Part shown: in pieces, positions 50,924-61,858 of the stretch
Numbering within the stretch: the stretch's first letter is position 1
Layout of the letters: each line of letters opens with the position of its first letter
Assembly (NCBI GenBank): GCA_000002445.1
Contig: CM000208.1
Coordinates: forward strand, 2,880,001-2,944,000
Direction: 5' to 3'
DNA: 64,000 bases
Source of the DNA: Trypanosoma brucei
Lineage: Eukaryota
Program-made: the position numbers and the translations under genes
The notes under the pieces: model-generated
Database searches by the model: none
Seen by the model: the letters and a program-made list of their open reading frames with translations, nothing else
Told to the model about the DNA's origin: nothing

Positions 50924-52666
50924 TCAGTCTACGATGATGCCGATAAGCTGATCATAAGCTGCTTTCACTAACTTGAACTTTTCCTCAGCTTCCTTCTGCT
51001 CTTGGGCAGAGGCACTGCACCATTTGTCCGGATGCCACTTCATTGCCAGGGCACGATAACTTTTTCTAACCTTCTCTGCTCCAGCCCCATCAGGTAGGGC
51101 AAGTCGGGAATACAACTGCGCCAATGATGTGGGTGCAACAGGCTTTGTCCACTTTCTTTCTTCCTCCTTCTTTTCTCCCTGTCTCTCCCGCTGGTCCGAA
51201 GTCTTCTTTCGCCCCTTGAGTCGTCGCCACATATCAACGGCCGCCGGCAGGCGTTCCTCCCGCATGGACCTCTCCACGCTATGCATCGCATCCGTCCATC
51301 GGGAAAGTTTCTCCTCACAAAGAGCCTTCAACAGTAAGAGCTCAGCACGATCTCTCACGCCTTCAACGTTTCTTAGCGCGACGTCAAGATCATCTACACA
51401 TTCATAAAGGCAGCCAGAATGATAAAGTGCCTGTGCTCGCTGCGACAAAACCGCAGCACGAAGGCGGTCACCAATGAACGGACGCTGAAGAGCCTTCGTA
51501 CACAACTCAACAAGTTGCGGCCAATTTTTCGCCGCAGAAGTCTTCTCCAACTCACGACATAAGTCGATGCATTGCTGTATACGGCTGTTTACCTGCCGGA
51601 ACCGGGCCGCGCAGTCTGCTGAGGCACTCACGCGCGAAAGAGAAAGAATTGCCACTAACTCGCTTTCGTTGCTGCATTCAAGAAATCGCAACTGCACGTT
51701 CCAGTACATGAGTTCCGGAAAGTTAGGGTAGCGTCGAAGGCATTCCTCAGCATGCAGCAAAGCAGCTCGGCTCCCCAATTCGACGGCCACAAGTTGTACC
51801 TTTAAGGCCTCAAAGGGTGCACATGGTGCCCGCTTCAGTAGTTCGTTCAACTGTTTAAGTGCCGTCGCGTGCTCGTTTCTGTCAAAAAGGGCAGTAGAGT
51901 TTTCATATAAAGTGATATTCGCCAACTCTTCTTCAAAACCGTGCCCACACGTTTTGCTGTACGTGTCAATGAGCCCCCTGGCCTCCGAGCACTTTCCGCA
52001 ACAAATGTGTATGCGCACTGCACGCCTGGCACCCAAAACGTATTGATTATTCATCTCGCAGGAACGTATGGCGTCCCGGAGGCTACAACGATAGCTGCCG
52101 CAGCAAAGATAGCACATTGCCCTGTTGCTTACCATGGCAGCGTTCAACACGGTTGGCAGACAGGAATCTATCACCGCCGAAAAGTTTCTGGCAGCTTCGC
52201 TGTAATCACCCACTTTGTATAGCTCGGCCGCCTTTTGACACAGACTTAGTTGTTTGTCATCAAGTGATGCTGAATACATAGAGGAGTCGAGAGTGTAGAG
52301 GTCATGTTTGGCCCCGGAGTGGCAGCAATCGTTACTACCAGCCCCATCTCCTCCATCACTAAAAGTAGGGCCTGGTAGGGCCGCCGAAGGCCCCGCGATG
52401 GCCGACGTTATCTCCTCCAACTGCTGAGTCAATTTCAGGAATTCTTCGTCGCTGAACTGAGTCAGTTTGTTCCCAGGTGCATATTCCCCTTTGGGCTCAG
52501 GGGGTTTCTGCCTTTGGAGTGATACCCTTGCTTGCTTTTGCTCACGCCACTCCTGCACTGCCGCATTCCAGTCGTTGTATATTGAGGCATCAATAAACTG
52601 GTGGATCCGTTCATCACACGCAAGCAGAACCTTCGCTGGAAACGTACGGTATTTCGCATCTTCCAT
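50924..52666 (-). CDS. TPR-repeat protein with a C-terminal DnaJ (J) domain, resembling TPR-DnaJ co-chaperones of the DNAJC7/DNAJC3 type.
   Basis: The C-terminal J domain is LAQLYSRLALPDGAGAEKVRKSYRALAMKWHPDKW...KFKLVKAAYDQL with the HPD tripeptide. Multiple TPR-like helical pairs lie in the middle. The ATG is the second codon of the ORF-track ORF, whose first codon is TTG. Confidence 0.8.
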   Translation of the reverse strand: MEDAKYRTFPAKVLLACDERIHQFIDASIYNDWNAAVQEWREQKQARVSLQRQKPPEPKGEYAPGNKLTQFSDEEFLKLTQQLEEITSAIAGPSAALPGPTFSDGGDGAGSNDCCHSGAKHDLYTLDSSMYSASLDDKQLSLCQKAAELYKVGDYSEAARNFSAVIDSCLPTVLNAAMVSNRAMCYLCCGSYRCSLRDAIRSCEMNNQYVLGARRAVRIHICCGKCSEARGLIDTYSKTCGHGFEEELANITLYENSTALFDRNEHATALKQLNELLKRAPCAPFEALKVQLVAVELGSRAALLHAEECLRRYPNFPELMYWNVQLRFLECSNESELVAILSLSRVSASADCAARFRQVNSRIQQCIDLCRELEKTSAAKNWPQLVELCTKALQRPFIGDRLRAAVLSQRAQALYHSGCLYECVDDLDVALRNVEGVRDRAELLLLKALCEEKLSRWTDAMHSVERSMREERLPAAVDMWRRLKGRKKTSDQRERQGEKKEEERKWTKPVAPTSLAQLYSRLALPDGAGAEKVRKSYRALAMKWHPDKWCSASAQEQKEAEEKFKLVKAAYDQLIGIIVD

Positions 52667-53600
52667 CAAACACCCTACTGCCAGTCACGCTAGAAAATGT
52701 AACGAAAACGTAGTGCCAGGGAAAAGCAGAGAGGCGAGAATGAAAGAAACACAAACCTTGGTGAAGGGCCTTCGCGACCTCATTTTTCAAAAGAAGGGAG
52801 GGTCACGGCGAAATATCCACTATGGGGAAAGCTAACTGCCCACGAGTGAAAGTACAAAGGTGCGTCCAACGCTGGATAAAGAGACCGAATGTAAGCAAAC
52901 ATTCTTTATTGCAACGGGGCTTTTCAGGATGGATACCGTATTTGTGTATTTGCACATATGTATATGCGCCTGATCACATGTACTGAAGGATATTTATAGC
53001 TCACAATGGCGGCGAACACACATCTGTCCACAGTTCAATGGAGGGGTAGGAATAACCACTGCATTAGGTGCCCTCCCCTATGGTTTTGAACTGGTCGGTC
53101 TTTGAAAAAGTTCGTGACTACGTTATCTCCGCATTAGTCGGGGTTGAAGCCGAGTCGCTACTGCTCGCCTCGCGTCTCGCCTTTGAGATCGACGGCTGCC
53201 CAACAGTGGAACGAACCGTTGTCAAACACAACAAAATAAATCACTCGTGACATTAGTGACGGTGCGAAGATTGCTATTGCAATGCGCCTCTCCCATGACT
53301 GTCCACATTTCCTCCTCTGCCTAACTAGCTTTGTTGGACGCCACAGAAATCAAGTATGGAAAGTACAGAGTTACCGCCGGCCACTGGTGCACCGCATGGA
53401 TGGCACAGCAACGTGAAGAGTATTGCAACAATAGCGAGTCGTATCAACATTTGACAGGAAAAGGTATTCTAACGCTCCCCACAGGCGCGGACAAGTACAC
53501 ACACAGAGAGAGATAAAAGCAAAAAAGAAAGTTAGGGGACCGGGAAGGAAAAAAAGGAGTAAAGAACCAGGTCACTCCTGAATATGTACATGGTAGAGAT

Positions 53601-54377
53601 TTATACTAACGGCATAGCATCGTCCGCAGCGGCCTTTGCTGCGGCTTCCTGCTGCCGTCGTCTCTCAATCTCCTCAAATGCCGCCCGCTCTAGTTCCTCC
53701 TTTGTAGGTGGGACATATGTTCCCTGCAACCGAGAGGCCAATTCCGGTAAGCTACATTCTTTAGGGAGGAGCGAACGGAGTTGTTGCACCTCCGCGGGAT
53801 TCAAAACGCTCTCCCCATTGGTTGTGACCAACTCGACTAATTCATCGATGGTAATGCTGTCATCGCCTTCCGTGTCCAGAATTCTTAGCGCCCCCAATAC
53901 CTCTTTTTGCTCAGTCACCGCGTCGCGATAAATTTCCTCAACGCATGATATAAATATATTCCAGTCAATGTTCTTTACCTCTTCAGCAGGTGTAATCTTT
54001 ACGGGCTGCTGCGGATTTTGCCCATCCTGCACTGTTCCTTCAGCAGAGCGATCCCCAGCTAATTTCGTGTTTTTCTTCATTGCAACTGTACCTATTCGCT
54101 TCCTATCCTTCATCTCCTCGCGCCGCTGCTCCTTGTCTCGTCTTATTTCCTCGTTGCGTCGCCACTCCTCCAGTCGAAGCACGGGCTCCGCCATCCGCTC
54201 ACGCAAATAGTCGATATCATCTTGTGTTGGATTCATCCCCATGGCCCGCAGTAGCGTCACGCAGTCCAAAAGTGAAACCAGCTTCTCCTTGTTTTCAAGC
54301 AGGTTGAACGTGACCTCCGCGTCATTGTACACTTCACTTGTCAACACACGGGGGTGGCGCCGCTGACGTTCTTCCAT
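53601..54377 (-). CDS. Hypothetical protein with an EF-hand-like loop and a charged coiled-coil-like region. The ORF-track ORF extends to 54698, but those first 107 codons read like translated polyY UTR.
   Basis: ILDTEGDDSITIDELVELV is EF-hand-loop-like (D-x-E-G-D-x-x-I-x-x-x-E). The charged stretch EEWRRNEEIRRDKEQRREEMKDRKR is present. The internal Met (MEERQRR) follows a pyrimidine-rich stretch. Confidence 0.45.
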   Translation of the reverse strand: MEERQRRHPRVLTSEVYNDAEVTFNLLENKEKLVSLLDCVTLLRAMGMNPTQDDIDYLRERMAEPVLRLEEWRRNEEIRRDKEQRREEMKDRKRIGTVAMKKNTKLAGDRSAEGTVQDGQNPQQPVKITPAEEVKNIDWNIFISCVEEIYRDAVTEQKEVLGALRILDTEGDDSITIDELVELVTTNGESVLNPAEVQQLRSLLPKECSLPELASRLQGTYVPPTKEELERAAFEEIERRRQQEAAAKAAADDAMPLV

Positions 54378-55247
54378 TCCCGCGACGCTGCTGCGTATCT
54401 GTATCTTCACACTTCCTCTACAATACGCTATCAAAACAACAAAAATAAATCCTGTGCACAACCAAAGTGGATACCAAACAAGGACAGGATAGCTAGAGAA
54501 GGGACAAACTGGGGAATCTAGCACAGAACAAAAGTTTTGAATGTCGAGAGGCGTAGCCCAACTCCGTTCTGAAACCTGGAGAGTAACTCGCAGGGACATG
54601 AAAGAGTAAAATACAATAAAAATTATTATATCCAAGAACAAAAATGAAAACGAACGTGGCCCCTCCGCGGACCAGCCGGTGCCCAACTTAGTACTCATAT
54701 CTCCTCATGCAGTACACGGAGGTGAATAAATTCGTAATGATGGTAGTGATAACAGCGGTGGAAGCGGAAAGGAGAATGGGGAATATCAATCTAATAAAAG
54801 TCTAACCCAGTTGAGCAGATGAATTTTCTCCACAACGAAAAGCTCGTTTCGACTGTCTCGCTCCCATTCCTTCTCTTTCGTCCCTTTCACTGTCATTACC
54901 TGCCCCGTGTTTCTCTTTTCGTTTCTCCTTCTTTTAAAATTTGTCATAAGTCAACACACCTGCGAGTGGCATGTATTTGGCAACGGTAACGATCCTATTA
55001 ATAATTACAACATCAAATTAATAACGATGATGATCATAATATTAATAATACGCTACATGTTGGACGAATATACAAATGAAGAATTATTATGCAGTCAAAA
55101 TAAAATGGAATGAAAAGAATGGGCATCATGTCACCACAAGCATTAGGTTTTTCTTTCGCATATTCATTTTCATTTGCTCACTCATTTACTTTTCACTGCT
55201 TTATTACACGTTACTGGCTCGTTTTCTGTTTGATGCTTATGAAGAAA

Positions 55248-55263
55248 ATATATATATATATAT
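55248..55263. repeat. (TA)n microsatellite in an AT-rich intergenic block.
   Basis: The sequence reads atatatatatatatat. Confidence 0.8.
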
Positions 55264-55751
55264 GGAGGCAATGGTAATTATAACAAAAAGTGTGGGAAGT
55301 CTCCCCAGTTTGATATCATGATGAAAATTCCCGGGTCATGTTCAGTTTCGGACAACTTCAAAAAAAAAAGAAACGAAGAGTAGACGAGCACACAGACGCA
55401 CACACGCACACACACGCCAAAGCAAGCCAAACCAGGCACACGCTTATGATACTTTTGATAAACCCATTACTGTTGGAAAAAATGATCTGTGTGTTCAGGA
55501 AAGAAAAAAAATACGAAGGAAGGAAGAAAATCTGATACCTACCGCTGAACGCGGTGTCAAACAATATTAACGATTTATTTCGGTTTGTTTCAGTTTTCCC
55601 ACCTCCCTATCTCCTTTCCCTGTGCGCAGGCCCGCATACACACGCGGTAAGGTTGCTGCTTACCGTAAGTTGAATTTTATTCCTCTTCCATTTATCAAGC
55701 TACACCTTGACATGTGAAGTTGTTCACATCGCCGTGTACGTGGCCACGACG

Positions 55752-57200
55752 TCAGTTAGTGGAAAGCAGGGCCTTTTCCTCACCTTCTGTCAACTCAAGA
55801 GCTTTTTGTGCGAGTTTCTTCCAATCCCAGCGGCTCATCAGACAATAAAGCAAAATCACTTCAAACACCATACCGGTTAGTAAACCCCCGATTACGCCCT
55901 TCACACCCCATTTGAAGACAAGAACATACAAGGCAATAGAGGGGATGCCCACAAACCATAAAGTGAGAAGCACACCTTGAGCCGCTTGCTTGGGTTGACC
56001 AGCACCTCGGAAAATTCCCTGCAAGCAGAGCTGCAGCGAATCTGCCATGTGAGTTAAGGCAACAAGTGGCATTGTCGATTCAACAGCCTTCGCCACACTG
56101 GGAACGTTAGTGTAGAGACGTGCGACAAATGCCCCATTGTAAACAAGGGCAGCAGCCGTTGCTACACCTAATACAATATCACAAATGATTATAAATTTAG
56201 CATAACGCTTAGAAAACTTGTATCGCCCGGACCCCAACGCATTTCCTACTATGACACTTGCAGAAACGCTTATTCCAAGGGACAGAGCGAACAACAAAGA
56301 TAATATGTTCATAAAGACGCCAACAACCGCCAGTGCGAGAGGTGATATGGTAACTGCAAAACACGCTTGCAGCTCGAATGCCCACCACTCAGCACATACA
56401 GCCACTAGCGACGGTAGTCCCACTCTAAGGAAAGTTATCCATTCATCTTTCCTCAGAAGTGCGGGAGACGGCCACGGGGCGTCAAAGATTACGACAGCGG
56501 GGTGAAACGCAGCGATCAGCGAGACGGCGATAGCACATACACTCACTGTGCAGCCAAGGGCCCAAGCCGCGCCATGAACCCCCAATGGTGTTAGATAATA
56601 GTTAATGAAAGGAGAAGCCACAGCTGACACGAAGTTAGCCAAGGCGACAAGAGACGGCTGCCGCTGTGCAAGTAATGTTTTGCTAACAACACCGCTTACG
56701 ATCTGCGCTAGTAAGTAGAGCGGACAGTGTGCGAGAAACAGAGCACCTCCCTCGCCGAGACCTTCACCGAACGAAAACACCATGAAAGGTTTGCTTGTGA
56801 TGAAGAAGATACTCATTAAAGCCCATAAGACAAGATCAATAACGAGAGCTCTTTGTAGCGTTTCGCCAATCAGAGGGGAATGTGGGTCGTGACCATAGGC
56901 CTGTGAGCTAATAGTATCGATTGCAGCGCCCAACCCACAAACGATGGACATGGCAAGGACATTGAAGACGAGAAGCCCAGCACTGTACTCAGACATCCCC
57001 TTTTCCCCAAGATGGTTTCCGACGAACATCAGCGTAATCGTTTGAGACGCCATCATGAGAATTCCACTAATATCCGTCGGTATCAAAATTTTCAGCGTTT
57101 GGATTAACAACGTAACGAGGCCTTCGTCACCGTCAGCACAACGATCCTGTACACGACCCTCCTTACCTTCCTTGCATTGTGATGCAGGCTTGGCTGTCAT
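55752..57200 (-). CDS. MATE (multidrug and toxic compound extrusion) family transporter. The ORF-track start at 57404 is TTG, upstream of a polyY tract; the ATG is at 57200.
   Basis: There are 12 predicted transmembrane helices. The product of about 483 aa has the typical MATE layout of two 6-helix halves and a charged N-terminus. Confidence 0.75.
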   Translation of the reverse strand: MTAKPASQCKEGKEGRVQDRCADGDEGLVTLLIQTLKILIPTDISGILMMASQTITLMFVGNHLGEKGMSEYSAGLLVFNVLAMSIVCGLGAAIDTISSQAYGHDPHSPLIGETLQRALVIDLVLWALMSIFFITSKPFMVFSFGEGLGEGGALFLAHCPLYLLAQIVSGVVSKTLLAQRQPSLVALANFVSAVASPFINYYLTPLGVHGAAWALGCTVSVCAIAVSLIAAFHPAVVIFDAPWPSPALLRKDEWITFLRVGLPSLVAVCAEWWAFELQACFAVTISPLALAVVGVFMNILSLLFALSLGISVSASVIVGNALGSGRYKFSKRYAKFIIICDIVLGVATAAALVYNGAFVARLYTNVPSVAKAVESTMPLVALTHMADSLQLCLQGIFRGAGQPKQAAQGVLLTLWFVGIPSIALYVLVFKWGVKGVIGGLLTGMVFEVILLYCLMSRWDWKKLAQKALELTEGEEKALLSTN

Positions 57201-57596
57201 GATTATTTCCTTCAGACTCTTATGGTGAGGAGGGAAGCGTACAAGAAAAAAAATTCCCCTGCGAGAAGTGCGGAGAAGAAGCAAAAGAAAAAGAAAAAGA
57301 CAGAAAGGAAAGGAAACGGGTAGATAATCACCAACAGAAATAAGAGATGCCTTCATCGTACAAAGAAAAATAGGTATTCCCCTCCATGTGGTAGACACCG
57401 TCAACTTAAAACATAATCCATTTTACATGTGCTGTCTAGGTATCGACAAAAGACTCTTTGCATCCAGTCTTTCATTCTTTCCTTTCGCCGTGCGCAAACG
57501 TGCAGGTTCAATCACCGGTGTGGAGCTGACCTTCATATTCTTATGGCGCTCTAAAGTGAAAAGAATGAGAAAAGCCAAGCGGTGAACAGGGGATTA

Positions 57597-58283
57597 TTAT
57601 GACTCAAGCAGTAATACAGACGCCGCAAGACCCGCCTTAGCGTCGTTTACAGAAGACATGACATCCTCTAAACGCACCGCGAAAAGTGAGGCATCTGCCG
57701 TCCCTGCGGAAATCTTCTGAAGCTGCTCAAACTCTTCAGACGACATCCCCTTCTTAATGGTGTGCAACGTGTATGGCGGCAAACCCTCGTTTCCCACAGA
57801 GTATTCACCAAACCCCAACTTTCTCACATCCCTTAGGTCAAATCCAGCAGAAGTGAGGAGTTCGTGGTTTTGCCACGTTATGTTGTCACCACTGTCTTTC
57901 GCACCGCAGAATGCCTCGGTGGTGAGGCCACATCCGACGGCTACGCAACGGCGTTGAAGAAGTAGGGCGTACCTCACAGTCTCCACAATGACAACAGGCA
58001 GAAGTATTGCGGGAGAAAAATCAGACATCTCGACAGGTTGAACAATTTTTCCAGTGGGTGTGTTACACTCCACGTCCATAATAACCCCTACAACACGCCG
58101 TGCAATGTGTCGGACGTTGCGTACGAGAAACGCAGAAGGCACCAGCCCACTTGACTCACACGCAGCCACATAGTTCATGAAAGGCACATACGTCGCCACC
58201 GCTTTCACCATGTCTTCTCCGTCATCACGATACGTCTTATGTGCCGTAAGCAGCGCAACATCCTTTCCAATCTTAACCTCCAT
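57597..58283 (-). CDS. Hypothetical conserved-looking alpha/beta protein. The ORF-track start at 58508 is TTG and runs through polyY; the first ATG is at 58283.
   Basis: An ORF of about 228 codons after re-anchoring. It has a mixed hydrophobic beta-strand/helix pattern and no confidently recognisable motif. Confidence 0.45.
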   Translation of the reverse strand: MEVKIGKDVALLTAHKTYRDDGEDMVKAVATYVPFMNYVAACESSGLVPSAFLVRNVRHIARRVVGVIMDVECNTPTGKIVQPVEMSDFSPAILLPVVIVETVRYALLLQRRCVAVGCGLTTEAFCGAKDSGDNITWQNHELLTSAGFDLRDVRKLGFGEYSVGNEGLPPYTLHTIKKGMSSEEFEQLQKISAGTADASLFAVRLEDVMSSVNDAKAGLAASVLLLES

Positions 58284-58577
58284 TCCCTTTTCTACCCTCG
58301 ATTTTCTAGTAGTAAGTCCGTTACCACCTCTTGAGACTCGCACGAAAAAGATCACAAGTTGGGGAAACCGATACAAAAAAGGTAAGATAAAAGTAAAGGT
58401 ACGCCGCAAATCGACACCCACCAACACGAATGGGTGTACACAAGTAAATGATGGTAGCCGTGCAGATATATGCCGAAGCACACACAGAGAGAACGAGGAG
58501 CAGGTCAATGATCGTTTGCACCTCAGTTTCTGCTTAATTCCATCATCCTTTAATTAACTCTCAAAGGCGCCTTGGGG

Positions 58578-59006
58578 TTACACATTTCGGTTACCCCGGG
58601 CCTGCAAACCGAGCAATGACAATAACTTTTGTACGGGCGGCGAAAGCATTACCGGTCCGAGAAGCGGGACAGACTCTAAAACGCGCGCTACCATCGGAAA
58701 GAAGTTTCCGAAGAGGTTCAGGGTACCAAACCCCTGTATCATGAGACCTATGAGTGACCGTCCCAACATGATGAGAAGCATCCCAATGAAGAAGCAGCAG
58801 GACGCACGGCGGCGAAACAGGAAGAAGGACTTGAATCGACTTGGACCCATAACTAATGCGATGCCAGCAACGAAAAGAACGTTTCCCATAGTCAAAAGAA
58901 CACTATCCAGAAACATCACGATGCCTATAAAGTTGAAGAACACTCCTAGCGAGGTAAGAGCAATGCCAATCTTCGTTGAATCATTCCAGCTGTATAAAGA
59001 GTCCAT
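58578..59006 (-). CDS. Got1/Sft2-like Golgi vesicle-transport membrane protein.
   Basis: It is 142 aa with four hydrophobic helices. TKIGIALTSLGVFFNFIGIVMFLDSVLLTMGNVLFVAGIALVMG closely follows the Got1 family pattern. Confidence 0.7.
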   Translation of the reverse strand: MDSLYSWNDSTKIGIALTSLGVFFNFIGIVMFLDSVLLTMGNVLFVAGIALVMGPSRFKSFFLFRRRASCCFFIGMLLIMLGRSLIGLMIQGFGTLNLFGNFFPMVARVLESVPLLGPVMLSPPVQKLLSLLGLQARGNRNV

Positions 59007-59222
59007 TTGGCAGTGTCAGGATATCACCTGTTTTTTTTTTCACCCTAGTTGCAATGCCAACCGCGAATGATCCGTGTGGGTCAACGTATGAGTTTGACAA
59101 TAAAGTATCAAAGGTGTAAATACTCGTTGAAAGGAAAGAAAGAAACAAGGAATGAAAAGATTCGGTGTTGTTATACATAAATGTGAAGCAAACAAAAAGA
59201 TAATTTACTAGTGATAAGACTT

Positions 59223-59234
59223 CCCCCCCCCCCC
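59223..59234. repeat. C12 homopolymer, which is G12 on the coding strand of the local - strand transcription unit.
   Basis: The sequence reads ttcccccccccccgc. Confidence 0.8.
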
Positions 59235-59396
59235 GCATCCTGGAGGAGGAGCCTCACGACGGTTGAAATTAGAACGAGAAGGGGAACTTCCTTTTTTTTT
59301 TTACACTTCCTTGCGCATGCGTGTTACACGAACTCATTTTTATGTTACTTACTGTTTATCCGTTGCACACCTTTCGTACAACCCTCAATTTTAACT

Positions 59397-61346
59397 CTAG
59401 GAGTTGTGGTCGCTCCTTTGTCGCTTGCGATTCTTTTTGCTCTTTTCCCTCTCCACGGTGGCCTCCAACGTAACCCTTTCTTCCCCATTTGCATCTTTCT
59501 GTTTAGCAGCGAAGGCCTCAATACGCTGCTGCCGCAGCGATTGGTAGTATGTAATCAATGGGTTTCCAGATGCTTTCAGTTCGTCCTCCATTTGTTTTAC
59601 TGCAGCCAAATCACATGGGCCGGGCCCGGATTGCTCGCGCTTCGATACGATTTTTTGGTTTGTAGTTTGAATGTGGCGCAAGAGGGCGCTTAATTGGGCA
59701 TGCACCTTTGGTACCTTTACCTCCGTGCGCAGTCGTTTCAAAGTCACTTCAACAGACCAAAAAGCCTCAGGAAAGCCGACCGTGTGGCTGTGCGTCGCCA
59801 GGTGTTCCGAAAGAAGATAAAGACATTCAGACCACACACTTCGATGATAGGAGAAGTTGCGTGCCTGAGACTTCTTTACACGAATTGTGAAGCGCAAATC
59901 CACCGGGTCGCCTGTTTCCCCCCGTCCACTACCATTACTGTGGTGACCCAAGGCAATGCTTGGTGACGTGAGAATACGCAGGAGGTAAGGCGCCACAGGT
60001 ATAAAAACACCATCAGCACGAAGTGCAATGTGGTTGAGCACTTCAATAACCTGGAGGTGCATGGGGAACATGCGTGGAGAGGAAAAAAGGTCCATAAGCC
60101 CAGTAGCGAGTTGGACGACAGGATGAATAAGGGGCCCGAGTTGCGATGCTTCGGAATAATTTGACACAACAGCGCCCCATGCGCGCAGTGCGTTGAGGTA
60201 TTGCCAGTTTACCACAGCACGTACATTACTCTGCGATTGTTGCTGCAGGGCCCCGCGAAGATAAATCGCCAGCTGACGCAGGTATACGAATGCGTGCTGA
60301 TAAGCTGCTTCCATGTCAGTCCCATAGAGGTCAACCACACAGTTGGTGAGAAACGCTAACAGAGGAGCGTTGCGGATGTTATAACTGTGCGCCGTGCGTA
60401 TGAGTGTGAGAAACACACCCTTAAAGGCCGTTGACTGATACATAGAACGGGTACCCGTCGCACGCGTCGCAATTGAGCGAACAACAACATAAGCAGCGAC
60501 GCGGACAGACTCCTCTGTTGCACAACAAAGTAAAAGGGATGCCTTCAAAACAGATTTTGTCATACCCTTTAGGAAATGGAGGATGGGTACAAAAGCTACT
60601 AAAGCGTGAAGCAGGCCAGCCGCCAGCGCAGCGTCAGTGTTGCTCTCGTCCAAGCTGACCACCAAAGACGACAATATACGCCTCACCAAATGCCGTGTTT
60701 TGGGCGTTTTGAACGCTCCTTTACCGGTGATGACGGTGCTAAGGTTCGAGCCAATAAACTGGGCAACACGTAGCATGGACTCTTTCACCAGCGATGGGTC
60801 TTCGAATTTGCGCCTGGTGCTTGCCCTGGGGCTCTCTTTTACACGGTACCCGAGTTCACGCAGCGCGCTTACAAAAATGTTAACACACGCTTCCACATTC
60901 TTCTCCTTAATCAGGCGGTCGAGCTCCCCACTTGTGACACGTGACTCCTGAATCGACTGCTCTCCATTCCCCTCGTCAGCGATCCCGCTTATGTTATCAT
61001 CGCCATCGTCTATGTCGTTACCATCCTCTTCTTCATCTGGCTCCGTTTCAGCGTCACTGCCCTCGTTCTCATCCACAATATCCATGTCCTTGTCCCCAAA
61101 CTGCAGTAAAGTGGGATCCTCTTCCTCGAGGTACGAATAAAACTCCGGGTCCGTATCCTTCAGCCGCTCCAGTTGCTCTTGATGCTCCCGCTCCTCACGC
61201 TCTGCCTCCTTTTCTTCCCGCACCTTTTTCCTTTCCACACGCTCCAGCTTCTCCTTCTTCGCCTTGGCGCCCTTACGTCGGTTTTCAATCACAGTCGCCA
61301 AATGCTTCTTCGCATACTTCTTGAACGATTTTTTTTCCTTTGCCAT
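59397..61346 (-). CDS. NOC2: Nucleolar complex protein 2 (NOC2) homolog, a ribosome biogenesis factor.
   Basis: The N-terminal basic region is followed by DPEFYSYLEEEDPTLLQFGD, a hallmark NOC2 block. A long helical repeat body and an acidic D/E stretch are also present. Confidence 0.75.
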   Translation of the reverse strand: MAKEKKSFKKYAKKHLATVIENRRKGAKAKKEKLERVERKKVREEKEAEREEREHQEQLERLKDTDPEFYSYLEEEDPTLLQFGDKDMDIVDENEGSDAETEPDEEEDGNDIDDGDDNISGIADEGNGEQSIQESRVTSGELDRLIKEKNVEACVNIFVSALRELGYRVKESPRASTRRKFEDPSLVKESMLRVAQFIGSNLSTVITGKGAFKTPKTRHLVRRILSSLVVSLDESNTDAALAAGLLHALVAFVPILHFLKGMTKSVLKASLLLCCATEESVRVAAYVVVRSIATRATGTRSMYQSTAFKGVFLTLIRTAHSYNIRNAPLLAFLTNCVVDLYGTDMEAAYQHAFVYLRQLAIYLRGALQQQSQSNVRAVVNWQYLNALRAWGAVVSNYSEASQLGPLIHPVVQLATGLMDLFSSPRMFPMHLQVIEVLNHIALRADGVFIPVAPYLLRILTSPSIALGHHSNGSGRGETGDPVDLRFTIRVKKSQARNFSYHRSVWSECLYLLSEHLATHSHTVGFPEAFWSVEVTLKRLRTEVKVPKVHAQLSALLRHIQTTNQKIVSKREQSGPGPCDLAAVKQMEDELKASGNPLITYYQSLRQQRIEAFAAKQKDANGEERVTLEATVEREKSKKNRKRQRSDHNS

Positions 61347-61858
61347 GGCGGTCTGAGGCTGTCGCCGTATTATGAGCTAAATTGCAGAAAGGAAAAAAAA
61401 AAAAAATGGCGTCTCCCTATCACCGACACCAATATTTAGGTACTCTCGCTTGCTCTGTGCTACCACTTTTGCTATTTTCGTATCCGCTTTTAGCCTATCC
61501 GGGGAAGGGCCTTGTTGCGCACAGTTATGGCAAGTCCTAACAGAAAAGGGGGAAAAAAGGCGAACAGAACGGAACGGAAAATTCCTTGGTTCAGTTGGAA
61601 CAAGGTCAGCGGAGAAGTTACAAATAACCGTCAAACATATTCCAGTGAGGCGGAGAAAAGTCAAAAACATACCGCGCAAACCGAGTTTAAGGTCTAAACA
61701 GAAGCACCTTTTTATCCCCCAACCAGATAAGCTTCCCCTTCTCTTTTTTTCCCAAAAAAAAAAAAACTGTATCATTTCGGAGAAGCTCGGCATCTTCAAA
61801 CAACTGTAGCTTACAACGAGGAACCAGGCTTCCTTTTGTATTGTTTCTATGCGAGTGT

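Noticed and set aside
53601-54698. Using the full ORF-track extent (ATG at 54698) for the EF-hand-like gene.
   Set aside because: The first 107 codons are F/L/S/C-rich and read like translated polyY UTR. The internal Met at 54377 gives a compact charged protein. The longer form remains a possible alternative.
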